Shown: piece after piece, positions 31,309 through 41,792 of the stretch | Layout of the letters: each line of letters opens with the position of its first letter | Numbering within the stretch: the stretch's first letter is position 1 | DNA from: an uncultured Chloroflexia bacterium | GTDB lineage: Bacteria > Chloroflexota > Limnocylindria > Limnocylindrales > CSP1-4 | Assembly (NCBI GenBank): GCA_963713975.1 | Contig: OY970218.1 | Span: 1,120,001-1,184,000 of the forward strand | DNA length: 64,000 bases | Direction of reading: 5' to 3' | The notes under the pieces: generated by a model | The model's database searches: none | Told to the model about the DNA's origin: nothing | What the model saw: the letters and a program-made list of their open reading frames with translations, nothing else | Position numbers and translations under genes: made by a program

Positions 31309-32520
31309 GTGGACGGCTTCGATACCGTCGGCCAACCGGCCGCGGTCGCGGCCGTCCGCGCCATGCTCGCCACGCGGCCGCCGCATGCCGTGCTCCTGGT
31401 GGGGCCGGCGTCCGTCGGCAAGCACTCGCTGGCCCTGGACTTGGCCGCAGCCCTGCTGTGCACCGGGGCCTCCGGGGCCTTGCGGCCGTGTCGGACATGT
31501 CGTGGCTGCCGGATGGTGGATCACGGAAACCACCCCGACCTCCACAACCTCGTGCCATCGGGGGCCGGGTTCCAGATCAGGATCGGCGAGGACCAGCACC
31601 CGGAGCCTGGCACGATCCGGCGCCTTGCGAGTGACCTCGCGCTGCTGCCGGTGGAGGGCGGCGAGCGGGTCGCGATCATCCGTGACGCGCAGCGCATGAA
31701 CGACGTGGCCCAGTCGGCGCTGCTCAAGACACTCGAGGAACCGCCGGCAGGCACCACCCTGGTCCTGTGTGCCGATGACGAGGACCAGCTGCTGCCGACC
31801 ATCCGCTCACGGTGCGCGCGGATCCGGCTCGGGACCCTGGCGACCCGCGACGTTGAGGTGCTGCTGGACGAGCGGGGCCTGGCCGACGCCCCGACCGCCG
31901 CTCGTCTGGCGCGGCTGTCCGGGGGACGGCCCGGGATCGCCGTGGCCTACGCATCGGCCCCGGAAGCCGAGGTCACGCGGGCGGAGATCCTGCGAACCCT
32001 GATCGACCTCCTGGATCGGCGGCGCGCCGACCGGCTCACCGCGGCGCGAGGACTGCTGGCCGCGGCCATGACGCTCACGAAGTCCCTGGAGCCGGCTCCG
32101 GTCACCGCCCCCGAGACCCCAAGGCGGCGGGCGAAGGGCCGGGTGCCCGCCGATCCACCGGCCGCCGCCGATGTTCCCGTGCCTGGTCAGGATGCGGTGG
32201 ATCCGGACCAAGGGGTCGAGACGACCTCCGGCAAGGCCACCGCTGCCGAACGACGGCGGGCTTTGGCGCTGCTCCTGGACCTGTGGCGCGATCTCGCCCG
32301 GGATCTCGCCTGCCTTCAACGCGGCGCGAGCGGCAGCATCCGGGATGTAGCGCTCATCGAGGAGCTCGAGGATGCCGCCCGCCGTCTGCCGGTCGGTGCG
32401 GCGGCCGACATGCTCGCCCGTCTCGTCCGGGCGACCGAGCTGCTGGAAGTGAACGCAACGCCGGAGCTCGTGCTCGACGTGCTGCTGCTCCGCTGGCCGA
32501 GACCGGGCCGGATGGCATGA
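31309..32520 (+). CDS. holB: DNA polymerase III subunit delta'
   Basis: HAVLLVGPASVGK, C-x8-CxxCxxC Zn motif, HPD, ALLKTLEEPP, LLPTIRSRC. Confidence 0.9.
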   Translation: MDGFDTVGQPAAVAAVRAMLATRPPHAVLLVGPASVGKHSLALDLAAALLCTGASGALRPCRTCRGCRMVDHGNHPDLHNLVPSGAGFQIRIGEDQHPEPGTIRRLASDLALLPVEGGERVAIIRDAQRMNDVAQSALLKTLEEPPAGTTLVLCADDEDQLLPTIRSRCARIRLGTLATRDVEVLLDERGLADAPTAARLARLSGGRPGIAVAYASAPEAEVTRAEILRTLIDLLDRRRADRLTAARGLLAAAMTLTKSLEPAPVTAPETPRRRAKGRVPADPPAAADVPVPGQDAVDPDQGVETTSGKATAAERRRALALLLDLWRDLARDLACLQRGASGSIRDVALIEELEDAARRLPVGAAADMLARLVRATELLEVNATPELVLDVLLLRWPRPGRMA

Positions 32521-32834
32521 CGGGTCTCGGGGCCGGCACCGGCCGTGTCCGCCTCGATGCCGCGGTCCACGGGCGCGTCCAGGGCGTTGGCTATCGCGTG
32601 TTCGCCCTGCGCGAGGCCTCGGCGCTCGCCTTGGCCGGCTTCGTGGCCAACATGGGCGATGGCAGCGTCCGCGTGGTCGCCGAGGGCGCCCGGCAAGATG
32701 TGGAGATGCTCGTGGAGCGGCTGGAGGAGGGGCCTCCGGCCGGCTGGGTCGACCGCGTGGTGGTGCGCTGGGAGCCGGCGCGCGGCATCGGGCCGGGCTT
32801 CCGCATCGAGAGTGGGGCCCACCGGGGCGACTGA
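32517..32834 (+). CDS. acyP: Acylphosphatase
   Basis: VHGRVQGVGYR, GFVANMGDGSV, EGPP. Confidence 0.92.
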   Translation: MTGLGAGTGRVRLDAAVHGRVQGVGYRVFALREASALALAGFVANMGDGSVRVVAEGARQDVEMLVERLEEGPPAGWVDRVVVRWEPARGIGPGFRIESGAHRGD

Positions 32835-32993
32835 CCCGGCGATCGCTTCGCCTGCCCTTGCTGGCGCCCAAAGGCCCGCGACCGGGCGACCCGGCGCGGC
32901 AGGTGCAGGGGCGCACCGCCCTGACCGATGCCGCCACCCACCGGGACTCACCGCCCATTCCCGATTCGGCCGGGATCGCGCAGGCTGCGCTCC

Positions 32994-33254
32994 GTGGACG
33001 AGTCCATTGGGCCCGAGGACATGCCGCTCCTCTACCGCGAGGTGCTGGATCTGGTTGCGCGCCTGGAGCATGGCGGCGAACGACGTGCGGCCTACGAGGT
33101 CCGCCGCCGGGCCATTCGCTTCTACTCCGTCCGCTGGGATGAGCGGAGCTACCGCAACCTCCAGAAGCTGGCCGGCGAGGCGCGGGCGCGCCTTGCCTCG
33201 GGACGCCACCGTGAGGCAAACGCCGCGCTGACCCGGACCGGCGAGCCCGCCTGA
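32994..33254 (+). CDS. Hypothetical small helical protein
   Basis: GTG 32994, LYREVLDLVARLE...YSVRWDE, coding-like codon usage. Confidence 0.55.
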   Translation: MDESIGPEDMPLLYREVLDLVARLEHGGERRAAYEVRRRAIRFYSVRWDERSYRNLQKLAGEARARLASGRHREANAALTRTGEPA

Positions 33255-33313
33255 TTCACCGCGCCTGACCGCGGCTGTCCGTCGCGGATCCCGCTCGCGG
33301 CGTACGCTCACAG

Positions 33314-33616
33314 GTGATGACCGCTTCCGTCGCCGATCTCATCGACCGTGCGCTGTCCGGGTTCGACGTGCTTGCGGCGACCGCCGAGCCCATCACGGAC
33401 GAGTGGCAGTACCTGGCTGACCTGGACACGGTCTGGCGTGCCCGGTTGCGTGCCATCGCCGATGCTCGTGGGAGCGAGGCGCCGCCGCCCGGTGCCGAGG
33501 CCGCGATCGCGGTGCTCGTCGATGAGGCGGCGCGCGTAATGGACCCTCACCGCGCCATCGACTGGCTCTCCACGCTACCGCAGGTCACCCTCGCGGCGCT
33601 GGCAGAGACCGCCTGA
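33314..33616 (+). CDS. Hypothetical protein
   Basis: TACGCT -10 just upstream, TGATG coupling to the next gene. Confidence 0.65.
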   Translation: MMTASVADLIDRALSGFDVLAATAEPITDEWQYLADLDTVWRARLRAIADARGSEAPPPGAEAAIAVLVDEAARVMDPHRAIDWLSTLPQVTLAALAETA

Positions 33617-34302
33617 TGCGGTTCATGGACGCGCGACCCGATGGACGGGCCGTTGTCTATGCCCACATCCAGGCGGACCCGCTGGTGGCGCGGATCGCCG
33701 GGCTGCTCGCTGTGGCGACCACCACGCAGCGGCTCCTGGCGAGGGCGGCGATGAACGGCGAGTCAACGGATCCCGCCACCTGGCGCACGATGTTTCCCGC
33801 CCTGTTCGGTGTGGCTGCCCCCGCGCCGGGCGATCCCGTCCGGGACCGGTCCGAGGCGATCCTCGTGGCATCGCTCGAGGTGGCCGATCGCGGTGAGCAG
33901 ACCCGCAGCCAGTTCCGCGGCGCGATCGTGGAGGCGTTGACGGAACGGTTGCTGGCCGAGCGCACGGGTCCCGTCCGCCGCGAGCGCAGGGTCCTGTTCG
34001 ACGGCCGCCCCGCGGAGATCCACCCGTACGACGTCACGGTCGAGGCGGACGGGTCCGGCGAGGCGTGGGACTGCAAGTGGGGCGCCCGCGGGATCAAGGC
34101 GGACGTGCTGCACCAGCTTGACGATGCCCGTCGCGGCGCCGCGGACGAGGGCGGCCGCCTCCTCGTCGGCCTGGTCGTCTTCGACGCCCGTCGGTCATGT
34201 GAGGTGCGCTTGGTTCGGGAGCGGGGCCCGGTCGCGCTCGAGGGACTGAAGCTGATCGCCCTCGAGGGCCTGGACCGGCTGGCCGGACGCAAGCCGGCGT
34301 GA
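33616..34302 (+). CDS. Hypothetical protein, possible PD-(D/E)XK fold
   Basis: RGAIVE...YDVTVE...AWDCKWG pattern, coupled at both ends. Confidence 0.6.
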   Translation: MRFMDARPDGRAVVYAHIQADPLVARIAGLLAVATTTQRLLARAAMNGESTDPATWRTMFPALFGVAAPAPGDPVRDRSEAILVASLEVADRGEQTRSQFRGAIVEALTERLLAERTGPVRRERRVLFDGRPAEIHPYDVTVEADGSGEAWDCKWGARGIKADVLHQLDDARRGAADEGGRLLVGLVVFDARRSCEVRLVRERGPVALEGLKLIALEGLDRLAGRKPA

Positions 34303-35078
34303 GCCTCAACCCTCCGGCCAATGGCTACACCGTCCCATATCGCGTCCGGTTCGACGAGTGCGGGCCGGATGGGAACGCACGGACCTCGGCGTTGCTGAGG
34401 TATGCGCAGGACATCGCGTGGCTCCACTCAGACGCGCTGGGGTTCACCCGGGACTGGTACGCGCAGCGCGGCCTCGCGTGGGTCGTGCGGGCCGTCGAGA
34501 TGGCGATCCTGGCCACTGTCCCGCTGGGCGGCACGATCCTGGTGTCGACGGCGCCGACCGGGTTCCGTCGCGTGTGGGGGCGCCGCCGGACCGAGGCGCG
34601 CGTCGAGGACGGCTCGCTCGTCATGTGGGGTCACACCGACTGGGTCATGACCGACGGCCGTGGCATGCCGGGCCGGATCCCGGCTGAGTTCCCGGCCGCG
34701 TTCGCGGTGCCGCCGGGGACCTTCGAGCCTGTCCGTGTCCCACTCCCGGACGCGCCCGCGGATGCGACCGTCCTCAGCGCGGTCGTTCGACGGCAGGATC
34801 TCGACCCGATGGGCCATGTCAACAACGGCGCGTACCTGGACTACCTCGAGGAGGCGCTCGACGCTACGGGCGAGGCGGGCCGCTTGGCGCTGGCGGCGGT
34901 TCCGCGCCGGATCCTGCTGGAGTACGCGGCCGCGGCGGCGCCGGACACCCGACTGACCGGCACCGCCTGGCGGGATGATCGAACCGACGGTGACGGGTGG
35001 TTCTGGCGACTCACCGATGACGAGCGCCGCGACCTGGCGCGCGGCAGGGTGGTCCTCGACAAGTGGGAGGCGAGATGA
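34299..35078 (+). CDS. Acyl-ACP thioesterase (double hotdog)
   Basis: YRVRFDECGPDG...QD.A..H, QDLDPMGHVNNGAYLDY. Confidence 0.88.
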   Translation: MSLNPPANGYTVPYRVRFDECGPDGNARTSALLRYAQDIAWLHSDALGFTRDWYAQRGLAWVVRAVEMAILATVPLGGTILVSTAPTGFRRVWGRRRTEARVEDGSLVMWGHTDWVMTDGRGMPGRIPAEFPAAFAVPPGTFEPVRVPLPDAPADATVLSAVVRRQDLDPMGHVNNGAYLDYLEEALDATGEAGRLALAAVPRRILLEYAAAAAPDTRLTGTAWRDDRTDGDGWFWRLTDDERRDLARGRVVLDKWEAR

Positions 35079-36277
35079 CACGGACGGTATTCCGGGGTGG
35101 ATCGGTATTCGACGGATCGGGCGCGGATCCGCGACCCGCGGACATCGTGGTCGAGGACGGCCGGATCGTGGACGTCGGGACCGGCCTGGACGGCGACGTG
35201 GCCGTGGAGCTGGCCGGGAAGACGATCCTGCCCGGGCTGTTCGACTGCCATGTCCATGTCGTCTTCAGCCACGTGGATCTGTGGCGCTCCGTGAACACGC
35301 CGTTCTCCTACAGCTTCTACGAGGCCGCCCGGAACCTCCGGTCGACCCTCCGCATCGGGATCACATCGGTCCGGGACGCTGGTGGGGCAGATCTCGGTGT
35401 GAAGCAGGCGCTGATCGACGGCCTGATCGAGGGCCCGCGCATGCAGCTCAGCCTCACGATGCTCAGCCAGACCGGTGGCCATGGTGACGACTGGCTCGTC
35501 TCCGGTATCCGCGTCCCGATCCTGCCAGAGCATCCGGGTGTGCCGTCGGCGATCGTGGACGGTCCCGACGAGATGCGCCGTAAGGTCCGCGAGCTGCACC
35601 GGATGGGCGCCGACGTGGTCAAGGTGGCGACCTCGGGCGGCGTGCTGTCGCCCCGTGACGATCCGCGGCAGGCCCACTTCCGCCCGGCGGAGCTCGAGGT
35701 GCTGGTCGAGGAGGCAACCGCGGCCGGGATGTTCGTGATGGCCCACGCCCAGGGAGCGGACGGGATCAAGAACGCCGTGCGGGCCGGCATCCGCTCGATC
35801 GAGCACGGCATCTACCTCGACGACGAGGCGATCGAGCTGATGCTCGAACGGGGCACCTGGCTGGTGCCGACACTGGTCGCCCCGCAGGGCGTGATCGATG
35901 CTGCCGCCTCGGGTGTGGTCTTCTCGCCCGGCGTGCTCGAGAAGGCGACAGCCGTCGTCGAGATCCACCGCGATGCCGTGCGCCGCGCCGTCGCGGCGGG
36001 CGTGCGGGTTGCGATGGGCACGGACTCCGGGGTCACCCCACATGGCCGCAACCTGCGCGAGCTGGCCCTCATGGCGGAGGTCGGGATGGCGCCGGGCGCG
36101 GTCCTGGAGGCCACGACCCGCAGCGCGGCGCGACTCATGGGCGTGGACGAGGACCTCGGGACGATCGAGCCCGGCAAGCTTGCCGACCTGGTGATCGTGG
36201 ACGGTGACCCATACGCCTTTGCGACGCTTCCCGAGCGCATCGAGGGTGTCTGGATCGGTGGCAGCCGGGTCGTCTGA
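35075..36277 (+). CDS. Amidohydrolase family protein (prolidase-like)
   Basis: [40 protein letters not shown]. Confidence 0.92.
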   Translation: MTRTVFRGGSVFDGSGADPRPADIVVEDGRIVDVGTGLDGDVAVELAGKTILPGLFDCHVHVVFSHVDLWRSVNTPFSYSFYEAARNLRSTLRIGITSVRDAGGADLGVKQALIDGLIEGPRMQLSLTMLSQTGGHGDDWLVSGIRVPILPEHPGVPSAIVDGPDEMRRKVRELHRMGADVVKVATSGGVLSPRDDPRQAHFRPAELEVLVEEATAAGMFVMAHAQGADGIKNAVRAGIRSIEHGIYLDDEAIELMLERGTWLVPTLVAPQGVIDAAASGVVFSPGVLEKATAVVEIHRDAVRRAVAAGVRVAMGTDSGVTPHGRNLRELALMAEVGMAPGAVLEATTRSAARLMGVDEDLGTIEPGKLADLVIVDGDPYAFATLPERIEGVWIGGSRVV

Positions 36278-36492
36278 GGCCGCGGGGCGGCCCATGGTTG
36301 CGGTCGCGCCGACCCCCGTACTTTCGGACCATGACCGCGCGGGTGCCGCGCGGTGCCCGTGGGAACCGGTGCGGGCACGCGCGCTCGCCGGGGGGACCAT
36401 CGCCCCATGTTGAGCGGGGTGTCCCAGGCCATAGGCTAGGCGTGCAGGTGCGACCGTCGGGGATCGCGCCGAGACGGAATGCCCGAGGCACT

Positions 36493-38064
36493 TTGGACAT
36501 CCTGACCGCGTCGCTCGCCACCGCGCTGATGGTCGCGCTGATCGGCGCCCTCGCAGGCTCGGCCGGCTTCGCCGCACTGGTCGTGCGGCGCCAGAACCGC
36601 CGCTTGGCGACCCTCGCCGAGCAGCTGACCGCCGCCCATGACGAGGGCTCGCTCGCAGCCATCGATGCTGGGCGGATCCAAGACCCGAGGCTGCGTGCCG
36701 CGTTCACCGACCTTGCCGACCGCGTCGCGGACACCTGGCGCCTGGCCACGGTCGACCCGCTGACGGGTATCGCCAACCGGCAGGCCGTGCTGGCGCGTGT
36801 GGACGAGGAGCTGGCTCGCGCGATGCGCTACCACCACCCCCTGTCCGTGATCCTGATCGACCTCGACCACTTCAAGCGGATCAACGACTCGCACGGCCAT
36901 GCCGCCGGCGACCAGGTCCTGCGCCACGTCGGGGGGCTGCTGGCCGCGAGCGTCCGGACCATCGACACGGCCGGCCGGTATGGCGGCGAGGAGTTCCTCG
37001 TCGTCCTGCCGGAGACCGATGCCGACGCCGCCGCGTCGGTCGCGGAAAAGCTCCGGCGGATCGTCGGGAGCGCCGTGGTGCAGCTGCCGGACGGAGAGTC
37101 GGTCTCTGTGACGATCTCGGCTGGTGTCGCCGGTGGTCACGGCGGCATGCTCAGGCCCGACGTCCTGGTACGCGACGCGGACTCGGCGCTGTACTCGGCC
37201 AAGGCCCTGGGACGCGACCAGGTCTACGTGTTCCGCGAGACGGGCGACGAGGACACCGTTCGGCGCGCCCCGATTGCCGCCCACGCCCGCAGTCGGGCCA
37301 TGGATGTCGGCCGGGAGGCGATGGCCGCCGCACAGGATGCCCTCCTGCGGACGCTCGCCGACCGCGCCGCCTGGGCGGGCCGGCCGTCGATGCTGATCGC
37401 GGAGGCGTCCGTGTCGCTGGCGCGCGCGATCGACCTGCCCGCCGGCGAGCTTGACCGGATCCGGACAGCCAGCCTCCTGCACGACCTGGGCAAGCTCGCG
37501 ATCCCCGACGAGATCCTGGCGAAGCCCGGTGACCTCGCGGCGACCGAGTGGCGCGTGGTCACGGAGCACCCCAAGATCGGACAGGTGGTGCTGGAACAGG
37601 CCGGTGCCATGCGTGACGCGGCGAGCATCGTCCTGCACCACCACGAGTGGTACGACGGTCGCGGCTACCCGCATGGCCTCGCCGGCACCGAGATTCCCAT
37701 CGGCGCGCGCATCGTCTCGATCGTCGACGCCTATGAGGCCATGATCGCCGGGCGACCGTATCGCGGGGCCATCACCCACGTGGAGGCCATCGCGGAGCTG
37801 CGGAGGATGGCCGGCATCCAGTTCGACCCGGAGCTCGTCGAGCTGTTCGCCGAGATCTTCGCGGACGGTGTCCCGTGGGAGCCCGAGGCCCACGACCAAG
37901 ACCACGATCACGACCATCGCCATGACCACGGCCATGACCAGTGGGGCCCGGAACGGGTGACTGTGGCCGCCCGTTCGTCAGGCGGGCGCGCTCGTGTCGC
38001 GGGCCGCGCCCGCCCGACCGCGGAGATCCACGACGCCGTCCACGAGCGCCGCCGAGTCGGCTAG
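36493..38064 (+). CDS. Membrane-anchored GGDEF/HD-GYP protein
   Basis: N-terminal TM, RTID-x5-[21 protein letters not shown]. The start (TTG 36493) is approximate. Confidence 0.9.
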   Translation: MDILTASLATALMVALIGALAGSAGFAALVVRRQNRRLATLAEQLTAAHDEGSLAAIDAGRIQDPRLRAAFTDLADRVADTWRLATVDPLTGIANRQAVLARVDEELARAMRYHHPLSVILIDLDHFKRINDSHGHAAGDQVLRHVGGLLAASVRTIDTAGRYGGEEFLVVLPETDADAAASVAEKLRRIVGSAVVQLPDGESVSVTISAGVAGGHGGMLRPDVLVRDADSALYSAKALGRDQVYVFRETGDEDTVRRAPIAAHARSRAMDVGREAMAAAQDALLRTLADRAAWAGRPSMLIAEASVSLARAIDLPAGELDRIRTASLLHDLGKLAIPDEILAKPGDLAATEWRVVTEHPKIGQVVLEQAGAMRDAASIVLHHHEWYDGRGYPHGLAGTEIPIGARIVSIVDAYEAMIAGRPYRGAITHVEAIAELRRMAGIQFDPELVELFAEIFADGVPWEPEAHDQDHDHDHRHDHGHDQWGPERVTVAARSSGGRARVAGRARPTAEIHDAVHERRRVG

Positions 38065-38075
38065 CTGACGCCGAG

Positions 38076-38453
38076 CTAGGACCCGCTCGCCCAGGCTGCG
38101 GCCTCATCGACCGCATCGAGCGGGAAGAGCTTGACGTCGCCCGGGAAGGCCCAGGCCACCAGGTGGATGCCGTCGCGGACCAGGTGCTTGTCCGTGACGA
38201 TCGCGATCCGCTCCCACGCGGACCAGGTCCTCCTGCCCATCTTGACGTCCTCGCGCATCGCACCTTCGCCGAAGCCCGTGGCGTCGGGCCCCATGACCAT
38301 GACGACCCGCAGCTTGTGCTCGCCGGCGGCCGAATCCAGGATCGGATCCAGCGCCGCACGATAGTCGTCGGCGCTCAGCTTGCCGATGACCTCGAAGCCG
38401 ATGACGCCGGCGGGCATGTTTGGGAGGCTTTTGATCATCGCTTTGAGCTCCAT
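38076..38453 (-). CDS. SpoIIAA-like (STAS/SEC14) domain protein
   Basis: VIGFEVIGKLSADDY...WERIAIVTD...VKLFPL...AAAW. Confidence 0.85.
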   Translation of the reverse strand: MELKAMIKSLPNMPAGVIGFEVIGKLSADDYRAALDPILDSAAGEHKLRVVMVMGPDATGFGEGAMREDVKMGRRTWSAWERIAIVTDKHLVRDGIHLVAWAFPGDVKLFPLDAVDEAAAWASGS

Positions 38454-38463
38454 GAGTGGATGC

Positions 38464-40140
38464 CTAGTCGACGTCGCGCCGCCGTATGCCCCAGGCGCCC
38501 AGCAGGATGCCACCGACGGCGATGGCCACGCAGGCCACGATCCCGACCGGATCCCAGCTCCCGGCCATCGGCTGGCCGAGGTGCGCCGTAAGGGCCAGCT
38601 GGTGGAACCAGTCCGGCAGGCCGAGCGGAGGCACCAGGAGGTCTACGAGGTAGGTGGCAACCACGAATAGGGCGGAGATCTCCGCCGCCAGCGACGTCCG
38701 CCACAGCCCACCGACCGCGACGCCGATCCCGACGACGGCCGCGGCATAGAGCCCGAGCGCCGCGGAGCCGAGCATGGCCTCGCCAGCGCTGACGTCGCTC
38801 GACGCCGCCCCGAGCCCGATACCGCCTGCGAACAGGAGGCTCATGACCACGGTCGCGCCGATGGCGGCGGCGCCGCCGGCGAGCGCCCAGCGGGCCCGGC
38901 TTGCCGGTGAGGTGAGGACGAGCTCGAGGCGCCCGTCCGTCTCGTCCGATGCCCACTTCGAAACGAAGGTGGCCGCGGCAAATCCGGCTGCGATGTAGAG
39001 AAGCGCCACGTAGAGCTGCAGGAAGCCGCCGGCCGAGGCGAGGTCGAAGTCCGGGAAGATGGTGCTGAACACTCCCAGCATGTCCGGGCTGGACCGGATC
39101 TGGTCCGCCATCGGCCCGACCAGGGACGCGAGCAGCGCGCCGGCGAGGCCGAGGCCGATCCCCCACGAGGCGGCCCGTGGCAGCTGATCGCCGAAGGCCC
39201 GGCTGATGGGCCCTCGGACGCCGAGGATGCCCGCCGGCAGGCCGGGAAGGGACAGGCCGGCCGTGACGCCGAGGTCGCGACGCACGAACAGCTCCACGCC
39301 GATCGCGAGGAACACGACGCCGACGATGCCCACCAGGGCCAGCGCAGGCCAGTCGTACATGCCAACGAGCCCGATGTGGTCGGCCGTCCAGGCGAACGGG
39401 CTGAGGGCCACGAGCGGTCCGCCGATCTCCATGCCGGCGGCGACCCACAGGAAGGCCATGGAGATCCCGGCGACACCGGCCGAGCCGGCGCGCCCGAGGA
39501 CGGGCGAGAGCGCGAACGCGATCCCGCCGAAGAACATGGCGAGGAACCCTACCCACAGCACAAAGGCGATGGAGGCCTGGAGCGGGATGGTGTCGCCCAG
39601 GGCGGCATCCCCGAAGACCGTCGAGCTGAGCGTCGTGACGACCGCGAAGATCGCCAGCGCCAGCCAGAGGACGGTCAGGTGGGCCGCCAGCTTCTCGAGC
39701 GCGATGCGGCGCTTGCCGAATGGCGTGGCGGCGACCAGGTCCAGGCTGCCCCGTCGGGCCTCGCCGGCGAGCGTGCCGGAGAGGGCCATGATCGACCACA
39801 GCGCGGCACCCAGGGCGAAGATGGCGCCGTACTTGAAGGTCATGTAGCCGCCAAGGGTCCCGAGCGCGACCGGCCTGCCGAAGAGATTGACCATGGACGC
39901 CGGCATGCTGCCGATCAGCGCATCCACCTCGAGACGGGCGGCGGGCGTCGGGAACACGGTTGTGACGGCGGCACCCATGACGAGCGCCATGCCGCTGAGG
40001 AGGCCGGTGGCGATGATGAAGGCGAGGCGCGAGTCGCGCACCGTCTTGCCATAGATGCTGCCGAGGCCGTAGATCCGGCTCAGCCGGGTGGCCTGGGTAC
40101 GGGCCGCCGCCAGCGGCGGCGTGCCGGCACTAGCTGACAT
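38464..40140 (-). CDS. ABC-2 type exporter permease (duplicated membrane domain)
   Basis: About 12 TM with two AGE/DExxG.L.L motifs, next to an ATPase gene. Confidence 0.85.
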   Translation of the reverse strand: MSASAGTPPLAAARTQATRLSRIYGLGSIYGKTVRDSRLAFIIATGLLSGMALVMGAAVTTVFPTPAARLEVDALIGSMPASMVNLFGRPVALGTLGGYMTFKYGAIFALGAALWSIMALSGTLAGEARRGSLDLVAATPFGKRRIALEKLAAHLTVLWLALAIFAVVTTLSSTVFGDAALGDTIPLQASIAFVLWVGFLAMFFGGIAFALSPVLGRAGSAGVAGISMAFLWVAAGMEIGGPLVALSPFAWTADHIGLVGMYDWPALALVGIVGVVFLAIGVELFVRRDLGVTAGLSLPGLPAGILGVRGPISRAFGDQLPRAASWGIGLGLAGALLASLVGPMADQIRSSPDMLGVFSTIFPDFDLASAGGFLQLYVALLYIAAGFAAATFVSKWASDETDGRLELVLTSPASRARWALAGGAAAIGATVVMSLLFAGGIGLGAASSDVSAGEAMLGSAALGLYAAAVVGIGVAVGGLWRTSLAAEISALFVVATYLVDLLVPPLGLPDWFHQLALTAHLGQPMAGSWDPVGIVACVAIAVGGILLGAWGIRRRDVD

Positions 40141-41044
40141 TGCCCGTCTCCTCGAAGGCCTGCGCGCCGTACTGGGCGAGGAACGTCTCCTCGAGGCTTG
40201 GCTCCCGGCTGACGAAGTCGAGCAGGTCGTACTGCGCTGCCGCACGGACGACCGGGGTGATGGCGCCGGTCACGCGGAGCCGGAGGACGTGGTCCTCCGC
40301 GACGACGTCGCTCACGCCGGGCAGGTCGGCGAACGCGTCGACCGGCACCGTGTCCGTGAAGCGCAGCTCCACCTGGTGGTGGGCGAGGTCCCGCAGAGCC
40401 TCGACGGTGTCCGTCTTCACGATCCGGCCCTCGCGGATGATCGCGACCCTGCCACACGTCTTCTCGACCTCGCCCAGGATGTGGCTCGAGAGGAAGACCG
40501 TCCGGCCCTCCGACTTCGCCTCCTGAACGAGCCCGAAGAAGGATTGCTGCACGAGGGGATCGAGGCCCGACGTCGGCTCATCGAGGACGAGCAGGTCCGG
40601 GCGGTGCTGGAGCGCGATGACGATGCCGACCTTCTGCTTGTTGCCCTTGCTGTACTCCTTGAACCGGCGTGACGGGTCGAGGTCCAGGCGGGCGATGAGG
40701 TCCTGCTGGTAGTCCGCGTCGACCCCGCCCCGCAGGTTCGCGAAGTACTGGATCGTCTGGCCGCCCGTGAGGCGGTCGTACAGCGCGAACTCGCCCGGGA
40801 TGTAGCCCACCCGGCGATGGATCGCCACCGGGTCCACGGACGATTCGATGCCGAACACGCGGGCCACGCCGCTCGTCGGGCGGATCAGGTCGAGGAAGGT
40901 GCGGATGGTCGTCGTCTTGCCGGCGCCGTTGGGGCCCAGGAATCCGAACACCTCGCCCGCTTCGACCGCGAGGTCCACCTCGACGATCCCGCGGTGGCTC
41001 CCGTAGCTCTTGGTGAGGCGCTCGACCTCGATGACTGCGGTCAT
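40130..41044 (-). CDS. ABC transporter ATP-binding protein
   Basis: GPNGAGKTT, YSKGNKQK, DEPTSGLDP, SSH. Confidence 0.93.
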   Translation of the reverse strand: MTAVIEVERLTKSYGSHRGIVEVDLAVEAGEVFGFLGPNGAGKTTTIRTFLDLIRPTSGVARVFGIESSVDPVAIHRRVGYIPGEFALYDRLTGGQTIQYFANLRGGVDADYQQDLIARLDLDPSRRFKEYSKGNKQKVGIVIALQHRPDLLVLDEPTSGLDPLVQQSFFGLVQEAKSEGRTVFLSSHILGEVEKTCGRVAIIREGRIVKTDTVEALRDLAHHQVELRFTDTVPVDAFADLPGVSDVVAEDHVLRLRVTGAITPVVRAAAQYDLLDFVSREPSLEETFLAQYGAQAFEETGNVS

Positions 41045-41577
41045 GCCTGCTGGTTCCTTTCCGGCGCATCGGCGGCCTGGATGATGCTCATGGCCTTCTC
41101 GGGCGCGATCGGGCCGGCTGCCGGTTTCCGGTCAGCCACGTAGCTGCCGACGAGGAGGGGCCACTCGCGCTCGTAATAGGCGTAGAGGTCGCGGAACTCG
41201 AGGAGCCGGGCCCGGTCCGCGGCCGGCCGGGCGGCGAGCAGCGCGAGGCCCTCGTCGGCGATCTCGCGGCCCTGGCCCATCACCGCGCCGGCGTTGGCGA
41301 CCATGCGCCGGATGGCACCCGGCGGGGCGCTGAAGAACTCGCGCCGGTCGCCGCGCCGTCGGCTGCGCTGGACGACGCCCGCTGCGGTCAGCGCGCGCAC
41401 CGCGCCGCTGATCGCCCCGCGACTCGCGTGGAGCTCCAGCGCGAGCTGCTCGGCCGTCTGCTCCGCCGGTTCGCAGATCAGCAGCCACGCCCACACCCGG
41501 CCCGCCATCCGCTGCATGCCCCTGCCGTACAGGTGCTGGCCCAGCTGTTCGACGAAGGCGGCCTCAGGATCGTCCAT
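41041..41577 (-). CDS. GbsR/MarR-family transcriptional regulator
   Basis: GMQRMAGRVWAWLLIC.P...ELHASRGAISGAVR..GDRREFF. Confidence 0.85.
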   Translation of the reverse strand: MDDPEAAFVEQLGQHLYGRGMQRMAGRVWAWLLICEPAEQTAEQLALELHASRGAISGAVRALTAAGVVQRSRRRGDRREFFSAPPGAIRRMVANAGAVMGQGREIADEGLALLAARPAADRARLLEFRDLYAYYEREWPLLVGSYVADRKPAAGPIAPEKAMSIIQAADAPERNQQA

Positions 41578-41584
41578 GATTGGC

Positions 41585-41620
41585 ATGCTAGAAGTGCATG
41601 AGATTTCTGTCAATTGTGAA
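41585..41620 (-). promoter_or_regulatory. Leaderless promoter of the GbsR-like gene with imperfect palindrome
   Basis: TTGACA-N17-TAGCAT, 7 nt before ATG 41577. TTCACAATTGACAGAA overlaps the -35. Confidence 0.65.
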
Positions 41621-41792
41621 CGTACGCTGCGCGCGATCCAGCGGTGAGCCGGCAGTCGAGGATCCAGGTGTGCCCGTCCCCCTGCCGGAGCACGCCTCAA
41701 CGGGACCATCGACTGATCGCTGACGACAACCGGCGAGTTGAGGACGGGGCCGCGGCCGCGTAGAGTCGCCCCGCGTCCTCTCCTAGCCCGGT

